Below are positions 44,801 to 57,724 of a DNA stretch of 64,000 nt, piece after piece. The DNA comes from the human T2T-CHM13v2.0 reference genome, Homo sapiens: the NCBI RefSeq assembly GCF_009914755.1, contig NC_060925.1. The stretch is one strand, 5' to 3'. Position 1 is the first letter of the stretch, and each line of letters starts with the position of its first letter. The notes under the pieces are model-generated. The model did no database searches. It was not told the origin of the DNA and saw only the letters and a list, made by a program, of their open reading frames with translations. Both the position numbers and the translations under genes were made by a program.

Positions 44801-46350
44801 TCATCGGATGGAAATGAATGGAATCATCATCGAATGGAATCGAATAGGATTATGGAATGAAATCCAGTGTGATCATCATCGAATGGACCCGAATGGAATC
44901 ATCATCCAACGGAAGCTAATGGAATCAACATCGAATGAATCAAATGGAAACACCATCGAATTGAAACGAATGGAATTACCATGAAATTGAAATGGATGGA
45001 CTCATCATCGAATGGATTCGAATGGAATCATCGAATAAAATTGATTGAAATCATCATCGAATGAAATCGAATGGTATCATTGAATGGAATCTAATGGAAT
45101 CATCATCAGATGGAAATGAATGGAATCGTCATAGAATGGAATCGAATGGATTCATTGAATGGAATCAGATGGAATCATCGAATGGACTGGAATGGAATCA
45201 TTGAATGGACTCGAAAGGGATCATGATTGAATGGAATTGAATGGAATCATCGAATGGTCTCGATTGGAATCATTATCAAATGGAATCGAATGGAATCACC
45301 GAATAGAATCGAATGGAACAATCATCGAATGGACTCAAATGGAATTATCCTCCAATGGAATCGAATGGAATTATCGAATGCAATCGAATGGAATTATCGA
45401 ATGCAATCGAATAGAATCATCGAATGGACTCGAATGGAATCATCGAATGGAATGGAATGGAACAGTCAATGAACTCGAATGGAATCATCATTGAATGGAA
45501 TCGAATGGAATCATCGAGTGGAATCGAATGGAATTATGATCAAATGGAATCGAATGTAATCATCATCCAATGGAATCAAAAATAACCATCATCAATTGGT
45601 ATTGAATGGAATTGTCATCAAATGGAATTCAAAGGAATCATCATCAAATGGAACCGAATGGAATCCTCATTGAATGGAAATGAAAGGGGTCATCATCTAA
45701 TGGAATCGCATGGAATCATCATCAAATGGAATCGAATGGAATCATCATCAAATGGAATCTAATGGAATCATTGAACAGAATTGAATGGAATGGTCATCGA
45801 ATGAATTGAATGCAATCATCGAATGGTCTCGAATGGAATCATCTTCTAATGGAAAGGAATGGAATCATCGCATAGAATCGAATGGAATTATCATCGAATG
45901 GAATCGAATGGTATCAACACCAAACGGAAAAAAACGGAATTATCGAATGGAATCGAAGAGAATCTTCGAACGGACCCGAATGGAATCATCTAATGGAATG
46001 GAATGGAATAATCCATGGACTCGAATGCAATCATCATCGAATGGAATCGAATGGAATCATCGAATGGACTCGAATGGAATAATCATTGAACGGAATCGAA
46101 TGGAATCATCATCGGATGGAAACGAATGGAATCATCATCGAATGGAAATAAAAGGAGTCATCATCTAATGGAATTGCATGGAATCATCATAAAATGGAAT
46201 CGAATGGAATCAACATCAAATGGAATCAAATGGAATCATTGAACGGAATTGAATGGAATCGTCATCGAATGAATTGAATGCAATCATCGAATGGTCTCGA
46301 ATGGAATCATCTTCAAATGGAATGGAATGGAATCATCGCATAGAATCGAA

Positions 46351-46382
46351 TGGAATTATCATCGAATGGAATTATCATCGAA
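46351..46382 (+). repeat. 16-bp tandem duplication (TGGAATTATCATCGAA)x2
   Basis: Directly visible; module spacing 46253-46737 is 484 = 468 + 16. Confidence 0.88.
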
Positions 46383-47240
46383 TGGAATCGAATGGAATCA
46401 ACATCAAACGGAAAAAACCGGAATTATCGTATGGAATCGAAGAGAATCATCGAATGGACCCGAATGGAATCATCTAATGGAATGGAATGGAATAATCCAT
46501 GGACTCGAATGCAATCATCATCGTATAAAATCGAATGGAATCATCGAATGGACTCGAATGGAATAATCATTGAACGGAATCGAATGGAATCATCATCGGA
46601 TGGAAACGAATGGAATCATCATCGAATGGAAATGAAAGGAGTCATCATCTAATGGAATTGCATGGAATCATCATAAAATGGAATCGAATGGAATCAACAT
46701 CAAATGGAATCAAATGGAATCATTGAACGGAATTGAATGGAATCTTCATCGAATGAATTGAATGCAATCATCGAATGGTCTCGAATGGAATCATCTTCAA
46801 ATGGAATGGAATGGAATCATCGCATAGAATCGAATGGAATTATCATCGAATGGAATCGAATGGAATCAACATCAAACGGAAAAAAACGGAATTATCGAAT
46901 GGAATCGAAGAGAATCATCGAATGGACCCGAATGGAATCATCTAATGGAATGGAATGGAATAATCCATGGACTCGAATGCAATCATCATCGAATGGAATC
47001 GAATGGAATCATCGAATGGACTCGAATGGAATAATCATTGAACGGAATCGAATGGAATCATCATCGGATGGAAATGAATGGAATCATCATCGAATGGAAT
47101 CGAATAGGATTATGGAATGAAATCCAGTGTGATCATCATCGAATGGATCCGAATGGAATCATCATCCAACGGAAGCTAATGGAATCAACATCGAATGAAT
47201 CAAATGGAAACACCATCGAATTGAAACGAATGCAATTATC

Positions 47241-49100
47241 ATGAAATTGAAATGGATGGACTCATCATCGAATGGATTCGAATGGAATCATCGAATAAAA
47301 TTGATTGAAATCATCATCAAATTGAATCGAATGGTATCATTGAATGGAATCAAATGGAATCATCATCAGATGGAAAAGAATGGAATCGTCATAGAATGGA
47401 ATCGAATGGATTCATTGAATGGAATCAGATGGAATCATCGAATGGACTGGAATGGAATCATTGAATGGACTCGAAAGGGATCATGATTGAATGGAATTGA
47501 ATGGAATCATCGAATGGTCTCGATTGGAATCATTATCAAATGGAATCGAATGGAATCACCGAATAGAATCGAATGGAACAATCATCGAATGGACTCAAAT
47601 GGAATTATCCTCCAATGGAATCGAATGGAATTATCGAATGCAATCGAATGGAATTATCGAATGCAATCGAATAGAATCATCGAATGGACTCGAATGGAAT
47701 CATCGAATGGAATGGAATGGAACAGTCAATGAACTCGAATGGAATCATCATTGAATGGAATCGAATGGAATCATCGAGTGGAATCGAATGGAATTATGAT
47801 CAAATGGAATCGAATGTAATCATCAAATGGAATCAAAAATAACCATCATCAATTGGTATTGAATGGAATTGTCATCAAATGGAATTCAAAGGAATCATCA
47901 TCAAATGGAACCGAAAGGAATCCTCATTGAATGGAAATGAAAGGGGTCATCATCTAATGGAATCACATGGAATCATCATCAAATGGAATCGAATGGAATC
48001 ATCATCAAATGGAATCTAATGGAATCATTGAACAGAATTGAATGGAATCGTCATCGAATGAATTGAATACAATCATCGAATGGTCTCGAATGGAATCATC
48101 TTCTAATGGAAAGGAATGGAATCATCGCATAGAATCGAATGGAATTAACATTGAATGGACTCGAATGGAATCAACATCAAACGGAATCAAGCGGAATTAT
48201 CGAATGTAATCGAAGAGAACCATCGAATGGACTCGAATGGAATCATCTAATGGAATGGAATGGAATAATCCACGGACTCGAATGCAATCATCATCGTATA
48301 GAATCGAATGGAATCATTGAATGGACTCGAATGGAATCATCATTGAACAGAATCGAATGGAATCATCATCGGATGGAAACGAATGGAATTATCATCGAAT
48401 GGAAATGAAAGGAGTCATCATCTAATGGAATCGCATGGAATCATCATAAAATGGAATCGAATGGAATCAACATCAAATGGAATCAAATGGAATCATTGAA
48501 CGGAATTGAATGGAATTGTCATCGAATGAATTGAATGCAATCATCGAATGGTCTCGAATGAAATCATCTTCAAATGGAATGGAATGGAATCATCGCATAG
48601 AATCGAATGGAATTATCATCGAATGGAATCGAAAGGTATCAACATCAAACGGAAAAAAACGGAATTATCGAATGGAATCGAAGAGAATCATCGAACGGAC
48701 CCGAATGGAATCATCTAATGGAAAGGAATGGAATAATCCATGGACTCGAATCCAATCATCATCGAATGGAATCGAATGGAATCATTGAAAGGACTCTAAT
48801 GGAATAATCATTGAACGGAATCGAATGGAATCATCATCGAATGGAAACTAATGGAATCATCATCGAATGGAAATGAAAGGAGTCATCTAATGGAATTGCA
48901 CGGAATCAACATAAAATGGAATCGAATGGAATCAACATCAAATGGAATGAAATGGAATCATTGAACGGAATTGAATGGAATCTTCATCGAATGAATTGAA
49001 TGCAATCATCGAATGGTCTCGAATGGAATCATCTTCAAATGGAATGGAATGGAATCATCGCATAGAATCGAATGGAATTATCATCGAATGGAATCGAATG
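47241..49100 (+). repeat. Third partial copy of the 16.3-18.1 kb / 36.5-38.3 kb segment
   Basis: Offset 10756 to copy 2 (36485/47241, 37383/48139, 37754/48510, 38219/48975). Shared CAAATTGAATC, GGAAAAGAATG, GAAAGGACTCTAAT, GGAAACTAAT. Confidence 0.85.
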
Positions 49101-52100
49101 GAATCAACATCAAACGGAAAAAAACGGAATTATCGAATGGAATCGAAGAGAATCATCGAACGGACCCGAATGGAATCATCTAATGGAATGGAATGGAATA
49201 ATCCATGGACTCGAATGCAATCATCATCGAATGGAATGGAATGGAATCATCGAATGGACTCGAATGGAATAATCATTGAACGGAATCGAATGGAATCATC
49301 ATCGGATGGAAATGAATGGAATCATCATCGAATGGAATCGAATAGAATTATGGAATGAAATCCAGTGTGATCATCATCGAATGGACCCGAATGGAATCAT
49401 CATCCAACGGAAGCTAATGGAATCAACATCGAATGAATCGAATGGAAACACCATCGAATTGAAACGAATGGAATTATCATGAAATTGAAATGGATGGACT
49501 CATCATCGAATGGATTCGAATGGAATCATCGAATAAAATTGATTGAAATCATCATCCAATGGAATCGAATGGTATCATTGAATGGAATCGAATGGAATCA
49601 TCATCAGATGGAAAAGAATGGAATCGTCATAGAATGGAATCGAATGGATTCATTGAATGGAATCAGATGGAATCATCGAATGGACTGGAATGGAATCATT
49701 GAATGGACTCGAAAGGGATCATGATTGAATGGAATTGAACGGAATCATCGAATGGTCTCGATTGGAATCATTATCAAATGGAATCGAATGGAATCACCGA
49801 ATAGAATCGAATGGAACAATCATCGAATGGACTCAAATGGAATTATCCTCAAATGGAATCGAATGGAATTATCGAATGCAATCGAATGGAATTATCGAAT
49901 GCAATCGAATAGAATCATCGAATGGACTCGAATGGAATCATCGAATGGAATGGAATGGAACAGTCAATGAACTCGAATGGAATCATCATTGAATGGAATC
50001 GAATGGAATCATCGAGTGGAATCGAATGGAATTATGATCAAATGGAATCGAATGTAATCATCATCAAATGGAATCAAAAATAACCATCATCAATTGGTAT
50101 TGAATGGAATTGTCATCAAATGGAATTCAAAGGAATCATCATCAAATGGAACCGAATGGAATCCTCATTGAATGGAAATGAAAGGGGTCATCATCTAATG
50201 GAATCACATGGAATCATCATCAAATGGAATCGAATGGAATCATCATCAAATGGAATCTAATGGAATCATTGAACAGAATTGAATGGAATCGTCATCGAAT
50301 GAATTGAATACAATCATCGAATGGTCTCGAATGCAATCATCTTCTAATGGAAAGGAATGGAACCATCGCATAGAATCGAATGGAATTAACATTGAATGGA
50401 CTCGAATGGAATCAACATCAAACGGAATCAAGCGGAATTATCGAATGTAATCGAAGAGAACCATCGAATGGACTCGAATGGAATCATCTAATGGAATGGA
50501 ATGGAATAATCCATGGACTCGAATGCAATCATCATCGTATAGAATCGAATGGAATCATTGAATGGACTCGAATGGAATAATCATTGAACGGAATCGAATG
50601 GAATCATCATCGGATGGAAACGAATGGAATTATCATCCAATTTAAATGAAAGGAGTCATCATCTAATGGAATCGCATGGAATCATCATAAAATGGAATCG
50701 AATGGAATCAACATCAAATGGAATCAAATGGAATCATTGAACGGAATTGAATGGAATCGTCATCGAATGAATTGAATGCAATCATCGAATGGTCTCGAAT
50801 GGAATCATCTTCAAATGGAATGGAATGGAATCATCGCATAGAATCGAATGGAATTATCATCGAATGGAATCGAAAGGTATCAACATCAAACGGAAAAAAA
50901 CGGAATTATCGAATGGAATCGAAGAGAATCATCGAACGGACTCGAATGGAATCATCTAATGGAAAGGAATGGAATAATCCATGGACTCGAATCCAATCAT
51001 CATCGAATGGAATCGAATGGAATCATTGAAAGGACTCTAATGGAATAATCATTGAAGGGAATCGAATGGAATCATCATCGAATGGAAACTAATGGAATCA
51101 TCATCGAATGGAAATGAAAGGAGTCATCATCTAATGGAATTGCATGGAATCATCATAAAATGGAATCGAATGGAATCAACATCAAATGGAATGAAACGGA
51201 ATCATTGAACGGAATTGAATGGAATCTTCATTGAATGAATTGAATGCAATCATCGAATGGTCTCGAATGGAATCATCTTCAAATGGAATGGAATGTAATC
51301 ATCACATAGAATCGAATGGAATTATCATCAAATGGTATCAACATCAAACGGAAAAAAACGGAATTATCGAATGGAATCGAAGAGAATCATCGAACGGACC
51401 CGAATGGAATCATCTAATGGAATGGAATGGAATAATCCATGGACTCGAATGCAATCATCATCGAATGGAATCGAGTGGAATCATCGAATGGACTCGAATG
51501 GAATAATCATTGAACGGAATCGAATGGAATCATCATCGGATGGAAATGAATGGAATCATCATCGAATGGAATCGAATAGAATTATGGAATGAAATCCAGT
51601 GTGATCATCATCGAATGGACCCGAATGGAATCATCATCCAACGGAAGCTAATGGAATCAACATCGAATGAATCGAATGGAAACACCATCGAATTGAAACG
51701 AATGGAATTATCATGAAATTGAAATGGATGGACTCATCATCGAATGGATTCGAATGGAATCATCGAATAAAATTGATTGAAATCATCATCAAATTGAATC
51801 GAATGGTATCATTGAATGGAATCGAATGGAATCATCATCAGATGGAAATGAATGGAATCGTCATAGAATGGAATCGAATGGATTCATTGAATGGAATCAG
51901 ATGGAATCATCGAATGGACTGGAATGGAATCATTGAATGGACTCGAAAGGGATCATTATTGAATGGAATTCAATGGAATCATCGAATGGTCTCGATGGGA
52001 ATCATTACCAAATGGAATCGAATGGAATCACCGAAAAGAATCGAATGGAACAATCATCGAATGGAGTCAAATGGAATTAACCTAAAATGGAATCGAATGG

Positions 52101-54790
52101 AATTATCGAATGCACTCGAATGGAATTATCAAATGCATTCGAATAGAATCATCGAATGGACTCGAATGGAATCATCGAATGGAATGGAATGGAACAGTCA
52201 ATGAACTCGAATGGTATCATCATTGAATGGAATCGAATGGAATTATGATCAAATGGAATCGAATGTAATCATCAACAAATGGAATCAAAAATAACCATCA
52301 TCAATTGGTATTCAATGGAATTGTCATCAAATGGAATTCAAAGGAATCATCATCAAATGGAACCGAATGCAATCCTCATTGAATGGAAATGAAAGGGGTC
52401 ATCATCTAATGGAATCGCATGGAATCATCATCCAATGGAATCGAATGGAATCATCATCAAATGGAATCTAATGGAATCATTGAACAGAATTTAATGGAAT
52501 CGTCATCGAATGAATTGAATGCAATCATCGTATGGTCTCGAATGGAATCATCTTCTAATGGAAAGGAATGGAATCATCGCATAGAATCGAATGGAATTAA
52601 CATTGAATGGACTCGAATGGAATCAACATCAAACGGAATCAAGCGGAATTATCGAATGGAATCAAAGAGAACCATCGAATGGACTCGAATGGAATCATCT
52701 AATGGAATGGAATGGAATAATCCACGGACTCGAATGCAATCATCATCGTATAGAATCGAATGGAATCATCGAATGGACTCGAATGGAATAATCATTGAAC
52801 GGAAACGAATGGAATCATCATCGGATGGAAACGAATGGAATCATCATCGAATGGAAATGAAAGGAGCCATCATCTAATGGAATTGCATGGAATCATCATA
52901 AAATGGAATCGAATGGAATCAATATCAAATGGAATCAAATGGAATCATTGAACGGAATTGAATGGAATCGTCATCGAATGAATTGAATGCAATCATCGAA
53001 TGGTCTCGAATGGAATCATCTTCAAATGGAATGGAATGGAATCATCGCATAGAATCGAATGGAATTATCATCGAATGGAATCGAATGGAATCAACATCAA
53101 ACGGAAAAAAACGGAATTATCGAATGGAATCGAAGAGAATCATCGAATGGACCCGAATGGAATCATCTAATGGAATGGAATGGAATAATCCATGGACTCG
53201 AATGCAATCATCATCGAATGGAATCGAATGGAATCATCGAATGGACTCGAATGGAATAATCATTGAACGTAATCGAATGGAATCATCATCGGATGGAAAT
53301 GAATGGAATCATCATCGAATGGAATCGAATAGAATTATGGAATGAAATCCAGTGTGATCATCATCGAATGGACCCGAATGGAATCATCATCCAACGGAAG
53401 CTAATGGAATCAACATCGAATGAATCGAATGGAAACACCATCGAATTGAAACGAATGGAATTATCATGAAATTGAAATGGATGGACTCATCATCGAATGG
53501 ATTCGAATGGAATCATCGAATAAAATTGATTGAAATCATCATCAAATGGAATCGAATGGTATCATTGAATGGAATCGAATGGAATCATCATCAGATGGAA
53601 ATGAATGGAATCATCATAGAATGGAATCGAATGGATTCATTGAATGGAATCAGATGGAATCATCGAATGGACTGGAATGGAATCATTGAATGGACTCGAA
53701 AGGGATCATTATTGAATGGAATTGAATGGAATCATCGAACGGAGTCGATTGGAATCATTATCAAATGGAATCGAATGGAATCACCGAATAGAATCGAATG
53801 GAACAATCATCGAATGGACTCAAATGGAATTACCCTCAAATGGAATCGAATGGAATTATCGAATGCACTCGAATGGAATTATCAAATGCATTCGAATAGA
53901 ATCATCGAATGGACTCGAATGGAATCATCGAATGGAATGGAATGGAACAGTGAATGAACTCGAATGGAATCATCATTGAATGGAATCGAATGGAATCATC
54001 GAGTGGAATCGAATGGAATTATGATCAAATGGAATCGAATGTAATCATCAACAAATGGAATCAAAAATAACCATCATCAATTGGTATTGAATGGAATTGT
54101 CATCAAATGGAATTCAAAGGAATCATCATCAAATGGAACCGAATGCAATCCTCATTGAATGGAAATGGAAGGGGTCATCATCTAATGGAATCGCATGGAA
54201 TCATCATCCAATGGAATCGAATGGAATCATCATGAAATGGAATCTAATGGAATCATTGAACAGAATTGAATGGAATCGTCATCGAATGAATTGAATGCAA
54301 TCATCGAATGGTCTCGAATGGAATCATCTTCTAATGGAAAGGAATGGAATCATCGCATAGAATCGAATGGAATTAACATTGAATGGACTCGAATGGAATC
54401 AACATCAAACGGAATCAAGTGGAATTATCGAATGTAATCGAAGAGAATCATCGAATGTACTCGAATGGAATCTTCTAATGGAATGGATTGGAATAATCCA
54501 CGGACTCGAATGCAATCATCATCGTATAGAATCGAATGGAATCATTGAATGGACTCAATTGGAATAATCATTGAACTTAATCGAATGGAATCATCATCGA
54601 ATGGAAACGAATGGAATCATCATCGAATGGAAATGAAAGGAGTCATCATCTAATGGAATTGCATGGAATCATCATAAAATGGATTCGAATGGAATCAACA
54701 TCAAATGGAATCAAATGGAATCATTGAACGGAATTGAATGGAATCGTCATCGAATGAATTGAATGCAATCATCGAATGGTCTCGAATGGA

Positions 54791-54868
54791 ATCATCTTCA
54801 AACGGAATGGAATGGAATCATCTTCAAATGGAATGGAATGGAATCATCTTCAAATGGAATGGAATGGA
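54791..54868 (+). repeat. Local triplication of a 26-bp element (ATCATCTTCAAATGGAATGGAATGGA)x3
   Basis: Directly visible; the first copy has one T>C change. Adds 52 bp relative to the normal A module. Confidence 0.9.
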
Positions 54869-56650
54869 ATCATCGCATAGAATCGAATGGAATTATCATC
54901 GAATGGAATCGAATGGTATCAACATCAAACGGAAAAAAACGGAATTATCGAATGGAATCGAAGAGAATCATCGAATGGACCCGAATGGAATCATCTAATG
55001 GAATGGAATGGAATAATCCAGGGACTCGAATGCAATCATCATCGAATGGAATCGAATGGAATCATCGAATGGACTCGAATGGAATAATCATTGAACGGAA
55101 TCGAATGGAATCATCATCGGATGGAAACGAATGGAATCATCATCGAATGGAAATGAAAGGAGACATGTAATGGAATTGCATGGAATCATCATAAAATGGA
55201 ATCGAATGGAATCAACATCAAATGGAATCCAATGGAATCATTGAACGGAATTGAATGGAATCGTCATCGAATCAATTGAATGCAATCATCGAATGGTCTC
55301 GAATGGAATCATGTTCAAATGGAATGGAATGGAATCATCGCATAGAATCGAATGGAATTATCATCGAATGGAATCGAATGAAATCAAAAACAAGCGGAAA
55401 TAAAAGGACTTATCGAATGGAATCGAAGAGAATCATCGAATGGACCCGAATGGAATCATCTAATGGAATGGAATGGAATAATCCATGGACTCGAATGCAA
55501 TCATCATCGAATGGAATCGAATGGAATCATCGAATGGACTCGAATGGAATAATCATCGAACGGAATCGAATGGAATCATCATCGGATGGAAATGAATGGA
55601 ATCATCATCGAATGGAATCGAATAGAATTATGGAATGAAATCCAGTGTGATCATCATCGAATGGACCCGAATGGAATCATCATCCAACGGAAGCTAATGG
55701 AATCAACATCGAATGAATCGAATGGAAACACCATCGAATTGAAACGAATGGAATTATCATGAAATTGAAATGGATGGACTCATCATCGAATGGATTCGAA
55801 TGGAATCATCGAATAAAATTGATTGAAATCATCATCAAATGGAATCAAAAATAACCATCATCAATTGGTATTGAAAGGAATTGTCATCAAATGGAATTCA
55901 AAGGAATCATCATCAAATGGAACCGAATGGAATCCTCATTGAATGGAAATGAAAGGGGTCATCATCTAATGGAATCGCATGGAATCATCATCTAATGGAA
56001 TCGAATGGAATCATCATCAAATGGAATCTAATGGAATCATTGAACAGAATTGAATGGAATCGTCATCGAATGAATTGAATGCAATCATCGAATGGTCTCG
56101 AATGGAATCATCTTCTAATGGAAAGAATGGAATCATCGCATAGAATCGAATGGAATTATCATCGAATGGAATCGAATGGTATCAACACCAAACGGAAAAA
56201 AACGGAATTATCGAATGGAATCGAAGAGAATCTTCGAACGGACCCGAATGGAATCATCTAATGGAATGGAATGGAATAATCCATGGACTCGAATGCAATC
56301 ATCATCGAATGGAATCGAATGGAATCATCGAATGGACTCGAATGGAATAATCATTGAACGGAATCGAATGGAATCATCATCGGATGGAAACGAATGGAAT
56401 CATCATCGAATGGAAATGAAAGGAGTCATCATCTAATGGAATTGCATGGAATCATCATAAAATGGAATCGAATGGAATCAACATCAAATGGAATCAAATG
56501 GAATCATTGAACGGAATTGAATGGAATCGTCATCGAATGAATTGACTGCAATCATCGAATGGTCTCGAATGGAATCATCTTCAAATGGAATGGAATGGAA
56601 TCATCGCATAGAATCGAATGGAATTATCATCGAATGGAATCGAATGGAAT

Positions 56651-56934
56651 CAACATCAAACGGAAAAAAAGGAATTATCGAATGGAATCGAAGAGAATCA
56701 TCGAATGGACCCGAATGGAATCATCTAATGGAATGGAATGGAATAATCCATGGACTCGAATGCAATCATCATCGAATGGAATCGAATGGAATCAACATCA
56801 AACGGAAAAAAAGGAATTATCGAATGGAATCGAAGAGAATCATCGAATGGACCCGAATGGAATCATCTAATGGAATGGAATGGAATAATCCATGGACTCG
56901 AATGCAATCATCATCGAATGGAATCGAATGGAAT
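56651..56934 (+). repeat. 142-bp local tandem duplication within module A2
   Basis: CAACATCAAACGGAAAAAAAGGAATT at 56651 and 56793; both copies lack the C that normally follows the A7 run. Confidence 0.88.
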
Positions 56935-57256
56935 CATCGAATGAACTCGAATGGAATCATCATTGAATGGAATCGAATGGAATCATCGAGTGGAATCGAA
57001 TGGAATTATGATCAAATGGAATCGAATGTAATCATCATCAAATGGAATCAAAAATAACCATCATCAATTGGTATTGAATGGAATTGTCATCAAATGGAAT
57101 TCAAAGGAATCATCATCAAATGGAACCGAATGGAATCCTCATTGAATGGAAATGAAAGGGGTCATCATCTAATGGAATCGCATGGAATCATCATCAAATG
57201 GAATCGAATGGAATCATCATCAAATGGAATCTAATGGAATCATTGAACAGAATTGA

Positions 57257-57724
57257 ATGGAATCGTCATCGAATGAATTGAATGCAATCATCGAATGGTC
57301 TCGAATGGAATCATCTTCTAATGGAAAGGAATGGAATCATCGCATAGAATCGAATGGAATTATCATCGAATGGAATCGAATGGTATCAACACCAAACGGA
57401 AAAAAACGGAATTATCGAATGGAATCGAAGAGAATCTTCGAACGGACCCGAATGGAATCATCTAATGGAATGGAATGGAATAATCCATGGACTCGAATGC
57501 AATCATCATCGAATGGAATCGAATGGAATCATCGAATGGACTCGAATGGAATAATCATTGAACGGAATCGAATGGAATCATCATCGGATGGAAACGAATG
57601 GAATCATCATCGAATGGAAATGAAAGGAGTCATCATCTAATGGAATTGCATGGAATCATCATAAAATGGAATCGAATGGAATCAACATCAAATGGAATCA
57701 AATGGAATCATTGAACGGAATTGA
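57257..57724 (+). repeat. Representative 468-bp internal sub-repeat (module A), marked by CAAACGGAAAAAAACGG
   Basis: Paralogous starts are 468 bp apart throughout: 8217/8685, 19335/19803/20271, 39527/39995/40463, 57257/57725, 60809/61277. Confidence 0.92.

Noticed and set aside
50246-50431. Only minus-strand ORF in the track
   Set aside because: It arises from chance loss of TGA stops through point variants (e.g. AACCATC); no coding evidence.
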